This document shows positions 51,097 to 60,227 of a DNA stretch of 64,000 nt, piece by piece. The position numbers were made by a program, and so were the translations under genes. Source of the stretch: Wolinella sp. GTDB taxonomy: Bacteria; Campylobacterota; Campylobacteria; Campylobacterales; Helicobacteraceae. Within the stretch, counting starts at the first letter, position 1, and each line of letters begins with the position of its first letter. The DNA lies in assembly GCA_052173415.1 (NCBI GenBank), contig JBQMYQ010000004.1, positions 4,703 to 68,702 on the forward strand. Direction: 5' to 3'. The notes under the pieces were generated by a model. The model did no database searches. It had not been told where the DNA came from and was given only the letters and a program-made list of their open reading frames with translations.

Positions 51097-52164
51097 TTAA
51101 AGCACGATAGGCATGATGATTGTAGAGAAGTTTTTACTTCTTATTAAGAAGGGTTCATTAGATTCATTTACACCTAGGAAAAAATCGACTGTGTCGATCT
51201 GTGAGAGGGAATCGAGCATATATTTAGAGCTGATTCCTAGAGTAAATTCCTTGTTGATTCCTGTCTCTAGCTCGATTTGTGTTTTTGCCTCGCTACTCTC
51301 CTCACTTAGAGATTCAAAGAGGATTTCACTTGGCGTAAAAGTGATTTTAATGTCCAAACTAACGGAGTTAATCAGCTTGATCGCCTCAATTATTTTCTCT
51401 TTGGGGAGTGTCATATTAAATTTTGTATCTTTAGGAATAATGCGCTCATAATCGGGGTATTTTCCATTAATGAGTTTAGAGAAGAATAGATAATTTTTAG
51501 ATTTAATGATAAGGTAGGTTTCATTGTAATAAAGTTCAACCTCTTCAAAAAATAACTTTTGTATCTCAATGATTGCTTTCTTAGGAATGATTAAGTTAAG
51601 CTTCTCAATTGAGGAATTGTCATATTTGATGAGCGCAAGGCGTCTTGTATCCGTAGCGACGAAGCTAAAAGAGTATTCTTTAATGTCAATAAGAGCACCA
51701 TTTAGCTCGAATTTTGGATTATTCGTATCGACTACAGGGATGATTTTTTTCATTGATTGAATAAGCTGAGAGGAATCTATTTCGATTTTTGGGAGCTCTT
51801 CAAAGCTTGGGAATCCTGGGAATTCACTTGCATCAAACGTAGGAAGTTTAAAAGTGCTTCGCTCTTGTTTAATAATGAGAAATTCCCCATTACGTTCCAA
51901 AATCACATCAGCGTCTTTTAGGCGGCGAATAATGTCAAGAATCTTCTTACCATTGACCGTCGTAGTTCCTTCTTCTTTGATTTTGACGTTTTCACTTTGA
52001 GCGAGTAGTCCAATCTCATAGTCCGTCGCTTGGAAGGTTAGAGTGTTTGCTTCAGCCTTGATATAAATATGCGAAGTGATTTGGCTCGCATCTTTTTTTT
52101 CAAGGAAAGGTTGGAGATTGGTTAGGATATTTTCTAGGCTACTCTTTGCGATGATGATATTCAT
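51097..52164 (-). CDS. dnaN: DNA polymerase III beta sliding clamp
   Basis: 355-aa three-domain clamp pattern, lying between dnaA and gyrB. Confidence 0.9.
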   Translation of the reverse strand: MNIIIAKSSLENILTNLQPFLEKKDASQITSHIYIKAEANTLTFQATDYEIGLLAQSENVKIKEEGTTTVNGKKILDIIRRLKDADVILERNGEFLIIKQERSTFKLPTFDASEFPGFPSFEELPKIEIDSSQLIQSMKKIIPVVDTNNPKFELNGALIDIKEYSFSFVATDTRRLALIKYDNSSIEKLNLIIPKKAIIEIQKLFFEEVELYYNETYLIIKSKNYLFFSKLINGKYPDYERIIPKDTKFNMTLPKEKIIEAIKLINSVSLDIKITFTPSEILFESLSEESSEAKTQIELETGINKEFTLGISSKYMLDSLSQIDTVDFFLGVNESNEPFLIRSKNFSTIIMPIVL

Positions 52165-52332
52165 AGCAGATTCCTTAAATATTTAAATTTTAATAGAAGT
52201 AGTAGAGGAGAGTGAAAATGTGAAAAGGCTCTACTAACATTCTTGGAATAGGGATTTTTGCTGTGAAAATGTCCCATCTCATTATTCACATTTATTCACT
52301 TTAGGGTTGTGTCATTATATCGAAGCTTTGGT
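52165..52332. other. oriC sub-region (oriC2-like) in the dnaA-dnaN intergenic region: AT-rich tract, TAG-AAG-TAG-TAG trinucleotide run, five DnaA-box-like elements
   Basis: GTGAAAA at 52212-52218, 52220-52226 and 52263-52269 (TTTTCAC on the other strand). TTATTCACA at 52282-52290 and TTATTCACT at 52292-52300. AT-rich 52175-52193. TAGAAGTAGTAG at 52194-52205. Confidence 0.6.
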
Positions 52333-53673
52333 TTATTTATCTGTTTTTATCTTATTTTTTAGACTTTCGATAATGGTCTTAAAATTTGCATCTTCTTCGA
52401 TTTCATCTTTAATAGTTTTCATTGCTTTACTAATTGAGCTATGATCTTTCATACCAAAAAATTGTGCGAGCGAGGGCATTGAATTTAGTGTAAGTGTGCG
52501 AGCGAGGTAAATGACGATTCTCCTAGCGTTTGCAATATTTTGACTGCGACTTTTACTTTTGATTTCAGCGGGTTTAATGTTTAGCTCTTTTGAAACAATA
52601 TGTATAATCTGCTCCAACGTGATATTTTCTCGTTCTTCTTTTATCTGTTCTTTTAGGACATTTTTTGCAAAATCAAGCGTAATCTCCTGACTCATTAGGT
52701 TTGCATAGGCATTAAGTTTAATGATAATTCCCTCGATTTCACGTATGTTATTGTCCATATTTGTAGCGATGTAGTTGATAATTTCATCACTAAGATAGAT
52801 TCCATCAAATTCACATTTCTTTTTAATAATATTGATTTTTGTCTCTAGCTCCGGAGGCTGAATATCAGCGACCATTCCCCATTCAAAGCGACTTTTAAGC
52901 CGTTCTTCCAGTCCAGCGATCTGTTTGGGTGTTTTATCTGAAGTGAGGATAATCTGCTTATTTTTATTGTGAAGTTCATTAAATGTGTGAAAAAACTCCT
53001 CTTGGATTTGTGGCTTCCCACCGAAAAATTGAACATCATCAATTAGAAGATAATCGCAAGCACGGTATTTATCACGGAATCGATCCATTGTGTTATTTCG
53101 AATATGATAAAGATAGTCGTTAAGAAATTGCTCGCTTGTTACATAAATAATATTTTTCTCTTTTGTAACATTAAAATTTCCGATTGCATTAAGTAGATGT
53201 GTCTTCCCTAGCCCTGTGCCCCCGTAAATTAGCAGTGGGTTATAGGCGATTCCCTGCTTTTTAGCGACATTTTGCGAGACTTCATAGGCAAAGCGGTTTG
53301 AATTACCTACTACAAAGGAATCGAACGTAAATGAGGGGTTTAAGATTGTATTCTTCTGTCCTTTAACGGTAGCATTTTTTGAAACGGAACTTTTCACATT
53401 CCCTTTGGCGATTCCCACTCGGATTTCAATTTTTGGACGTTTTCCCGTGTTAATTTCAAAAAGATGAGCCAACCGCTCGCCATATTTTGTTTTGACCCAG
53501 TTTGCGATGAATTGATTTGGGGCATGATAGATCGCTAAGTCCGTGCGAGAGGCTTCTTCATTATATTTTAGCTGTTGAATATATCGCTCATATTCAAGCG
53601 GAGAAATCTCCTCTTTAAGTTGCTTTAATGTAGTATCACCCAGCAAAATTTTAACCTTCAGTTGAGTTTTCAC
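52333..53673 (-). CDS. dnaA: Chromosomal replication initiator DnaA
   Basis: AAA+ core (LLIYGGTGLGKTHLLNAIGN, LLIDDVQFF), sensor motifs, and C-terminal DNA-binding domain (DHSSISKAM). GTG start. Confidence 0.97.
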   Translation of the reverse strand: MKTQLKVKILLGDTTLKQLKEEISPLEYERYIQQLKYNEEASRTDLAIYHAPNQFIANWVKTKYGERLAHLFEINTGKRPKIEIRVGIAKGNVKSSVSKNATVKGQKNTILNPSFTFDSFVVGNSNRFAYEVSQNVAKKQGIAYNPLLIYGGTGLGKTHLLNAIGNFNVTKEKNIIYVTSEQFLNDYLYHIRNNTMDRFRDKYRACDYLLIDDVQFFGGKPQIQEEFFHTFNELHNKNKQIILTSDKTPKQIAGLEERLKSRFEWGMVADIQPPELETKINIIKKKCEFDGIYLSDEIINYIATNMDNNIREIEGIIIKLNAYANLMSQEITLDFAKNVLKEQIKEERENITLEQIIHIVSKELNIKPAEIKSKSRSQNIANARRIVIYLARTLTLNSMPSLAQFFGMKDHSSISKAMKTIKDEIEEDANFKTIIESLKNKIKTDK

Positions 53674-53785
53674 AATGTGAATAAACGTGTGAATACTAGC
53701 GCACTCCGAGTAAGAGAAGACTAAAATTTGCCGATTCCAAAAGTTATTTTAAGTGATGTAATAATCAAAGGGAATATGTGAATAT
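53667..53785. other. oriC sub-region (oriC1-like) in the dnaA-ruvC intergenic region, with four DnaA-box-like elements
   Basis: TTTTCACA at 53667-53674 overlaps the dnaA start. TGTGAATAA is at 53676-53684 and TGTGAATAC at 53688-53696. TGTGAATAT at 53777-53785 overlaps the ruvC GTG start. Transcription diverges here. Confidence 0.6.
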
Positions 53786-54260
53786 TTTGGGAATCGACCC
53801 GGGAAGTCGGAACTGTGGCTATGCGATTTTAAAATACGATACAAAAGGTGGGAATCGGCTTATTGAGGCGGGTCTGATTAAGATTAAAGGGCGTGTGTTA
53901 CAGCACCAGATTTTGGAATTTGTCGAGGGAATCGACATGGTGCTGAAGTCTCATGATATTGATGAGGTGGCGATTGAGGATATTTTTTATGCTTATAATC
54001 CAAAAACACTCATTAAGCTCGCTCAATTCCGTGGGGCATTAAGTCTTAAAATCCTTCAAGATGTGGGTAATTTCCATGAATATACGCCACTTCAAGTAAA
54101 AAAGGCTCTCACGGGAAATGGCAAAGCTGATAAAAAACAAGTGGCATTCATGGTAAAACGCCTTTTGGGAATCAAGGGTGAAATTAAGCCACTAGATATT
54201 ACAGATGCGATTGCAGTAGCGATAACACACGCTCAGAGAGTTAAACTAGGAGGGAATTAA
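53778..54260 (+). CDS. ruvC: Holliday junction resolvase RuvC
   Basis: RuvC N-terminus ([16 protein letters not shown]) and conserved acidic residues. GTG start. Confidence 0.9.
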   Translation: MNILGIDPGSRNCGYAILKYDTKGGNRLIEAGLIKIKGRVLQHQILEFVEGIDMVLKSHDIDEVAIEDIFYAYNPKTLIKLAQFRGALSLKILQDVGNFHEYTPLQVKKALTGNGKADKKQVAFMVKRLLGIKGEIKPLDITDAIAVAITHAQRVKLGGN

Positions 54261-54262
54261 AA

Positions 54263-54877
54263 ATGAAAGTAACACTTTTGCAACACACTAGCCTGAAAGT
54301 CTGTGCGCACGCGATCCGCACATGTTGGCAGAGCTTTGAGCGAAGTGATGATGGCGGTGAGAAGGATTTGGAACTCATCGAGCGCGTAGGAAACAAAAAT
54401 AAGCACAAAAGCACATTAGAACATCTATTTTATACATTTTATATAGAGGGAATCTCCCGTGCGTGTCTGCAAGAGTTGGCACGCCATAGGATCGCTTCGC
54501 TTTCAGTCAAAAGCACGCGCTACACGCTAAAAGAGCTGAAAAAGGAGGAATCTTTCGGCAAAGATGACTTTGAGCGTGTGGGAAAATATCTCGTATTGAC
54601 CGGCGTTAAGAGCGTGGATTGTGCTTCAATTGCGGCATTAGAGAATTTGCGTGAAATTCTAAAAAGTGGTGTGAGTAATGATTATGCTAAATTTTGTATG
54701 CCTGAATGTTATAAAACCGAGCTGACATGGAGCATCAATGCAAGAGCTTTGCAGAATTTTCTCGAATTGCGCTCAGGTAAAAGCGCGCTATGGGAGATAA
54801 AAAAGCTAGCTAATAGCGTATATGAGGCGATTCCCAACGAACATCGATACCTTTTTGAGATTACTAAGGAATCGTAG
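54263..54877 (+). CDS. thyX: Flavin-dependent thymidylate synthase
   Basis: ThyX motif RHRIASLSVKSTRY. Confidence 0.95.
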   Translation: MKVTLLQHTSLKVCAHAIRTCWQSFERSDDGGEKDLELIERVGNKNKHKSTLEHLFYTFYIEGISRACLQELARHRIASLSVKSTRYTLKELKKEESFGKDDFERVGKYLVLTGVKSVDCASIAALENLREILKSGVSNDYAKFCMPECYKTELTWSINARALQNFLELRSGKSALWEIKKLANSVYEAIPNEHRYLFEITKES

Positions 54878-54943
54878 GGATTGATAAGAATCAACGCACT
54901 CCTCCGTCCAAGCCTCTATAATCGTCACTAAAAAGGAAAAAAT

Positions 54944-55372
54944 ATGGGGAATCTTGACCTCTATCTTCTCACTATTCATCTTTTTTGTGCCACACTCTTT
55001 ATCGGGACGGTCTTTTTTTGGGCATTTATCATTGATGTCGTGAGGAATCGCAACCCACACATCGATCTTGATGTCGCGGAGACGCTTATTTCGCGGCGTT
55101 TACGCCCCATTATGAGCGTGAATGTGACAGTGCTGCTACTTAGTGGCTTGGGGCTTTTTTATAATCGCTACGGCGCGTTGGCGGGCTTTGATACGCTTTA
55201 TGCTTATTTGTTGAGTGTGAAGGGAATCTTGGGCATTTTAGGGATAGGAACTTTTTATTTCATGCCTCAAATTATAAAAAATTTCAAAAACCAAGCTAAA
55301 GCCCATGATATCGCTCATCACGTGCTATTTTTCGTGATGATTCTTATCATTATTTTGGCAAAAATGCTCTAA
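54944..55372 (+). CDS. Hypothetical 4-TM membrane protein
   Basis: Four hydrophobic helices. No family assigned with confidence (distantly CopD-like). Confidence 0.45.
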   Translation: MGNLDLYLLTIHLFCATLFIGTVFFWAFIIDVVRNRNPHIDLDVAETLISRRLRPIMSVNVTVLLLSGLGLFYNRYGALAGFDTLYAYLLSVKGILGILGIGTFYFMPQIIKNFKNQAKAHDIAHHVLFFVMILIIILAKML

Positions 55373-56598
55373 AGAGTTTTACCCTCATATGCGCGAAGGG
55401 AATCGGGAAAAATTTCCAGCGAGCGCGCTAAAACCCCCTGAAAAAGGGAGAGGGCGATTCCATAGTTGGTGATGGGTAAGTGAGATTCTTGGGCTTTGGC
55501 GAGGCGTGAGAGCATGGCTGCTTGATTAAGTGTGCAAGCTCCACAGTGGATAATGAGCTTGTAGCTTTTGAGATTTTCCGGGTAATCTTTGCCATTGCAA
55601 TGGTGGATTTCTAACGTCTTGCCTGTGAATTGACGCAACAGGTGAGGAATTTTTACCCTCCCGATGTCATCTTCTAGCGCGTGATGGGTGCAAGCTTCGG
55701 CGATGAGGACTTTATCGCCCTCTTTTAGTGTGTGAATTGCTCGTGCACCGCGGCTTAGAATCGTAAGGTCGCCTTTGAGGCGCGCCATGAGAATGGAAAA
55801 GGTCGTAACTTTCACATTTTCAGGCGTGTGGGCGATGGTTTCGCGCACGCATTGGGAATCGCACACTACCAAAGCAGGAAGCTCTCTGAGGCGTTGAAAG
55901 AGGCTTTGGAGGTTGGATTCCTTAGTAATAATACAGATAGCTTCGTGATCTAAAGCATCACGGATTGCTTGCACTTGCGGGAGAATCAGCCTTCCTTTAG
56001 GGGCTTGAAGATCTATGGGGGTAACGAGCACAATCAAAGAATTAGGTGTGATTAAATCCCCTAGCAGCGAAGGCGTAGCATACCACGATGGAGGTGCAAG
56101 ACGGATAATTGCTTCCAAAATCACAGGATAATCTGCTTGATTCTTCGCGCTTAAGGATATAAGGGGTGCGCCAAATCCCTGAATATATGCCAAAAAATTC
56201 TCACTAGGGGGATTGATGTCTATCTTATTGCAAACAATAAGGAAGGGAATCTCTAGCTCCTTAAAGCGTTTAATCAATTCCTCTTCCTCCGTGCCCCACG
56301 CCCCCTCCTCGGTAACAAGCAGAGCGAGGTTGATACGCTTTAGTGTCTCAAAACTTCTACTAATCCGCTCCTTACCCAATAGACCATCATCATCTATCCC
56401 CGCAGTATCAATAAGGAGAATCGCCCCTAAAGGGTGGAGCTCCATCGCCTTTTCCACCGGATCAGTGGTCGTGCCCGGGAGATCAGAGACGATGGAGAGA
56501 TTTTGCTGGGTGATGAGGTTTAAGAGCGAAGATTTTCCTACGTTGCACTTGCCAAAGATTCCAATATGAATTCGCATACCTTTAGGCGTTTGAAGCAT
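55369..56598 (-). CDS. hydF: [FeFe]-hydrogenase H-cluster maturation GTPase HydF
   Basis: GTPase P-loop (GKCNVGKSSLLN, DTAG, NKID). C-terminal cluster-binding CxH...HCxxC motif (EACTHH ... IHCGAC). Confidence 0.85.
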   Translation of the reverse strand: MLQTPKGMRIHIGIFGKCNVGKSSLLNLITQQNLSIVSDLPGTTTDPVEKAMELHPLGAILLIDTAGIDDDGLLGKERISRSFETLKRINLALLVTEEGAWGTEEEELIKRFKELEIPFLIVCNKIDINPPSENFLAYIQGFGAPLISLSAKNQADYPVILEAIIRLAPPSWYATPSLLGDLITPNSLIVLVTPIDLQAPKGRLILPQVQAIRDALDHEAICIITKESNLQSLFQRLRELPALVVCDSQCVRETIAHTPENVKVTTFSILMARLKGDLTILSRGARAIHTLKEGDKVLIAEACTHHALEDDIGRVKIPHLLRQFTGKTLEIHHCNGKDYPENLKSYKLIIHCGACTLNQAAMLSRLAKAQESHLPITNYGIALSLFQGVLARSLEIFPDSLRAYEGKTL

Positions 56599-57634
56599 AT
56601 CGATTCCTTAAAATGAAACGTTGGCTATCGCCATTTTCAAGGGATATGGATTCCCCTAGATGGGTAATTTGGTTAGTGAGTTTGGCGTAGGAATCTTGCG
56701 ACTCATCTTGGATTGAGCCTTTACCCGGATAGAGTTGATAGAGTGTGCGCATTTCTCCTTCAGTGATGGCGGGCATTATGACGTTTGCTCCGCTTTGCAA
56801 TGCGAGGAATCGCCCCTCTGGGTGTAAAGCCTCCATAGCACTGGTGGCGGGGATATTAATGTAGGGCATTAAAAGGCGCAAGAGTGCCATAACTTTACGT
56901 GAGGTGTGGAAGTCTCCGCCTCGGGCGTGCTCTAGCGGAGTGTGTGGCGCAGGGATAAAAGGACCAATCCCAACCATATCAAAGTCTGATTCCTGAAAAA
57001 AGAGTAAATCCTCAGCGATTGATTCCAAGGACTGTCCGGGTAGCCCCACTAGAGAGCCACTTCCTGTTTCAAAGCCCAGCTTTTGGAGATTTTCTAGGCA
57101 AGTAAAGCGATTTTGATGGCTCATGTTAGGGTGGAGCGTGGCATAGAGTTGTGAATTTGTTGTCTCGATTCTTAAAAGATAGCGATTTGCACCCGATTCC
57201 TTGTAGGCTTGATACTCCTCAAAACTTTTTTCCCCAAGGCTTAAGGTAACACGCGCGCCATGATGATGGATAGCACTAATAAGCTCACACAATTCATCTC
57301 TATCATAGGCATGACTTTCGCTACTTTGAAGCACCAAAGTTTGATAGCCAGAATTAATAGCCTTTTGTGCAAGATTGATCGCCTCTTGAAGGGGGATTTT
57401 GTAGCGTTTTAGATGCCGATTCCCAGCGCGCAATCCACAATAAGAGCATGTTTTGACACAGATATTAGAGAGCTCTAGGAGTGCTTTAAGATGAATGGAA
57501 GGGCGAGCATATCGCAGGCGCACCTCATGGGCGCATTTAAACAGCGTCTCATCGTAAGAAGAATCCGCGAGAACTTTCACCAACTCTTCTAAGCTCGCCT
57601 GTTGCTTTGCCATGATTTTCAGCACTAGCGACAT
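56582..57634 (-). CDS. hydE: [FeFe]-hydrogenase maturase HydE (radical SAM, BioB-like)
   Basis: CX3CX2C (CVKTCSYC) and a biotin-synthase-like fold. Sits between hydG and hydF. Confidence 0.8.
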   Translation of the reverse strand: MSLVLKIMAKQQASLEELVKVLADSSYDETLFKCAHEVRLRYARPSIHLKALLELSNICVKTCSYCGLRAGNRHLKRYKIPLQEAINLAQKAINSGYQTLVLQSSESHAYDRDELCELISAIHHHGARVTLSLGEKSFEEYQAYKESGANRYLLRIETTNSQLYATLHPNMSHQNRFTCLENLQKLGFETGSGSLVGLPGQSLESIAEDLLFFQESDFDMVGIGPFIPAPHTPLEHARGGDFHTSRKVMALLRLLMPYINIPATSAMEALHPEGRFLALQSGANVIMPAITEGEMRTLYQLYPGKGSIQDESQDSYAKLTNQITHLGESISLENGDSQRFILRNRYASNA

Positions 57635-57651
57635 GTTATCCCTATTTAGTG

Positions 57652-59124
57652 TTACACGTGGCAGTCTGTCCCACCTGCGCCAATCTTCTCTATCATCTCC
57701 TCGACCACTTGGGCGGCTTTGGGCAAGTGCTCTTTTAACATGCCAAGATATTTAGGGATAATTACCTCTTCCCCTATTTTTCTTACCTCGGGTGAGGCAT
57801 AGTCGCGGATATATTCCTTGAACGTAAGAATCCCATTGGGAATACAGAGATATTTGATCGTAGCTTGTTTGGCTAGGGGCATAAAATTACATCCTGTGCG
57901 TCCTTCACGATAGCATGAGGTGCAAAAGGAGGGTAGTCGCCCTGCACGCACCAGCTCCAAAATAAACTCGTCGATATTGCGGTGATCGCCAATGGCGAAT
58001 TGTTGATTATGGAGGTCATTGCCTTTTTGCTCTTTGGCATAGCCCCCGATTCCTATGTTTGTCCCTGCATCAGTCTGAGAAATGCCACATTTCTGCAACA
58101 TCAAGTCACGTAACTCCGGCTCTTCTCTAGCAGTAAGAATCGTGCCTGTAAAAGGACACATAAGACGTATGATGGCGGCGATTCTTACCAGTTCTTCATC
58201 GCTGACCGCATAAGAGGAATCGCCTTTTTCTTTGCAGGAGGTAAGTTTAATGCGGGGGAAGGAGATCGTATGAGGTCCAACACCAAAAATTCGCTCCAAA
58301 TCCATAGCATGATAAAGCATGGCTAAAATTTCATATTTCCAGTCATAAAGTCCAAAAAGCACGCCAATAGCTACATCATCTAAACCCGCTTTCAAGGCGC
58401 GATGAAGCGCAAAAAGACGCCATTTGTATGCGCCCTTTAAAGTGTTTTGGGGGTGGATTTTCTCATAAGTGCCACGATGATAGGTCTCTTGAAATACCTG
58501 ATATGTGCCAATCCCCTCCGCCTTGATTGCACGATACTCCTCTTCAAACATTGGAGCAGCGTTGATATTGACACGACGGATTTCGCTCTTATCTTTCTTG
58601 ACGGAATAGATGGTTCTCACACTTTTAGCGATGTAGGCGTAATCACTCTTGGGGTGCTCGCCATAGACGGCGATGAGACGCTTTTGACCGTTATCTAAAA
58701 GTGCCCCTATCTCCTCTATAAGCTCCTTTTCTTGGAGTGTCTTTTTTGACATTTCATCGTTAGAGGAGCGAAAACCACAGTAAGAGCAGTTATTTACGCA
58801 GGGATTGGAGATATAGAGCGGGGAGAATAGCACGATACGATTCCCATAGACCTCCTCTTTGATAAAAGTGGCGGCTTTATAGACCTCTTCCCATAGATCT
58901 TCATCTTGAATGTGGAGTAAAGTCGCCGTCTCTTCGGGCGTAAGCATCGTGCCTTTGTAGGCATTTTTTTTTGCCTTTTCGATGACACCTAACACCTGCT
59001 CACGCGATGGATTCTCACTCGTCTTAAGAACGCGCGCTATCTCTTCATCGTCGATGAAATTTTGAAACTCGCTCTCTCTCTCCCAAGTCTTGATTCTCTC
59101 GAAGCGATCTTTTGTCCAAGACAT
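57652..59124 (-). CDS. hydG: [FeFe]-hydrogenase maturase HydG (radical SAM tyrosine lyase)
   Basis: CX3CX2C (CVNNCSYC) plus the HydG-specific C-terminal CX2CX22C motif (CTSC...22 aa...C). ATG at 59124 follows GGAGG, so it is preferred over the track start at 59160. Confidence 0.9.
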   Translation of the reverse strand: MSWTKDRFERIKTWERESEFQNFIDDEEIARVLKTSENPSREQVLGVIEKAKKNAYKGTMLTPEETATLLHIQDEDLWEEVYKAATFIKEEVYGNRIVLFSPLYISNPCVNNCSYCGFRSSNDEMSKKTLQEKELIEEIGALLDNGQKRLIAVYGEHPKSDYAYIAKSVRTIYSVKKDKSEIRRVNINAAPMFEEEYRAIKAEGIGTYQVFQETYHRGTYEKIHPQNTLKGAYKWRLFALHRALKAGLDDVAIGVLFGLYDWKYEILAMLYHAMDLERIFGVGPHTISFPRIKLTSCKEKGDSSYAVSDEELVRIAAIIRLMCPFTGTILTAREEPELRDLMLQKCGISQTDAGTNIGIGGYAKEQKGNDLHNQQFAIGDHRNIDEFILELVRAGRLPSFCTSCYREGRTGCNFMPLAKQATIKYLCIPNGILTFKEYIRDYASPEVRKIGEEVIIPKYLGMLKEHLPKAAQVVEEMIEKIGAGGTDCHV

Positions 59125-59182
59125 GATTATCCTCCATAGGTAAAGGATTCCCTCGCCCATACAGAGGAATCCTTTAAGTTAT

Positions 59183-59875
59183 TTAGTGTGATGTTTTGGT
59201 TAGGTCTTCTTTAAGCTGTGAAACCTGCATGAGATCCTCTTGCACCCATTTTGGCGCGTGGTGTGTGGCATCACTTAGGGGCACATCTCCTGAGCCAAAG
59301 CGGAACATCGCTTTGAAATCTTCAAAATTGATTAATGCCAAAGGTAAATGTCCGCCCAGAGCAACTGCCGTGGCAATAATCGACCCCCAAACATGGAAAT
59401 AAAAGAGGTAGGATAGGAAGCTCTTCCCGACTAACGGCGCGAAAGCATAGAGTAACCAACCACTGACGATGAGGGCAAAAATCATGAATATGAAAAAGAG
59501 ATAAGTCCCTTTTTGACCCGCGTTAAAGCGTCCTTGAGGAGCGACTTCGACTGGACCAAAAGGAATCCCAAAGAGTCGCCGTGGATAACCTCCAAAGTTT
59601 TTAAACCATGCCCATGTATCTTTGTCCCAAATGAGGAGATTCCTCATCATGAGAAAGAATCGATCAGCATTGATGATGACAAAGCCAAAGAAGTTAAAGG
59701 TAAAAAGCACCGCTACGATCATATGCACGTCCATAAGCCATGTTGCAGTGGTCTCATTCACGAGGCGAAAATAGATAAGAATCCCGCTAAGCGCTAAGAT
59801 CATCCACGTAATCATATTGATGTTGTGGAACATCTTCTCTGATAAGGGGAATTTCAATACTCTTTCTTCATGCAT
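59183..59875 (-). CDS. Membrane b-type cytochrome (FdnI / Ni-hydrogenase cytochrome b family)
   Basis: Four TM helices with conserved His residues (FHNI.., DVHM.., FHVWG.., GGH). The position is equivalent to fdhC in the Shewanella hyd locus. Confidence 0.7.
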   Translation of the reverse strand: MHEERVLKFPLSEKMFHNINMITWMILALSGILIYFRLVNETTATWLMDVHMIVAVLFTFNFFGFVIINADRFFLMMRNLLIWDKDTWAWFKNFGGYPRRLFGIPFGPVEVAPQGRFNAGQKGTYLFFIFMIFALIVSGWLLYAFAPLVGKSFLSYLFYFHVWGSIIATAVALGGHLPLALINFEDFKAMFRFGSGDVPLSDATHHAPKWVQEDLMQVSQLKEDLTKTSH

Positions 59876-60218
59876 GTTCCACCTCCTGAAGGTCTAAATT
59901 ACGGCGATTGACGTAGGTTTTAGTATGCAGAAGCTTTTCGGCGACCTCGCCCATGGGAGTGGTGTTTAGATCCTTGTAGGCTTGCATACAGCTGGGATTT
60001 TGATGAGAGCTAGTGAGATTAGCTTTTTGCAGTCGTTTGTCATCTTTGTAAAGTCCTTGCTGTCTTAGTGCAATGTATGATTTGCGCTTCTTTACAATAT
60101 CAGTGATGACATAGCCACTCACCGCGATTACACTAACAGATACCCCTGCAACCTTGAGGAAGTCGCGACGACTGAATATTTGACCTAGGGGTTTTTCTAC
60201 ATATTGATAGTGTTTCAT
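59868..60218 (-). CDS. hydB: Periplasmic [FeFe]-hydrogenase small subunit with twin-arginine signal
   Basis: Tat motif SRRDFLKVAG. The mature part resembles the Desulfovibrio HydB small subunit (..SSHQNP..AYKD....PMGE...KLLHT..). Confidence 0.75.
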   Translation of the reverse strand: MKHYQYVEKPLGQIFSRRDFLKVAGVSVSVIAVSGYVITDIVKKRKSYIALRQQGLYKDDKRLQKANLTSSHQNPSCMQAYKDLNTTPMGEVAEKLLHTKTYVNRRNLDLQEVEHA

Positions 60219-60227
60219 TGATTCTCC

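Noticed and set aside
58964-58972. T9 (A9 on the coding strand) run inside hydG, and similar A/T8 runs in gyrB (about 50597-50604) and the 45971-45980 spacer.
   Set aside because: A/T runs of this length are common in AT-leaning coding DNA (Lys codons). The genes are intact and nothing indicates phase variation.
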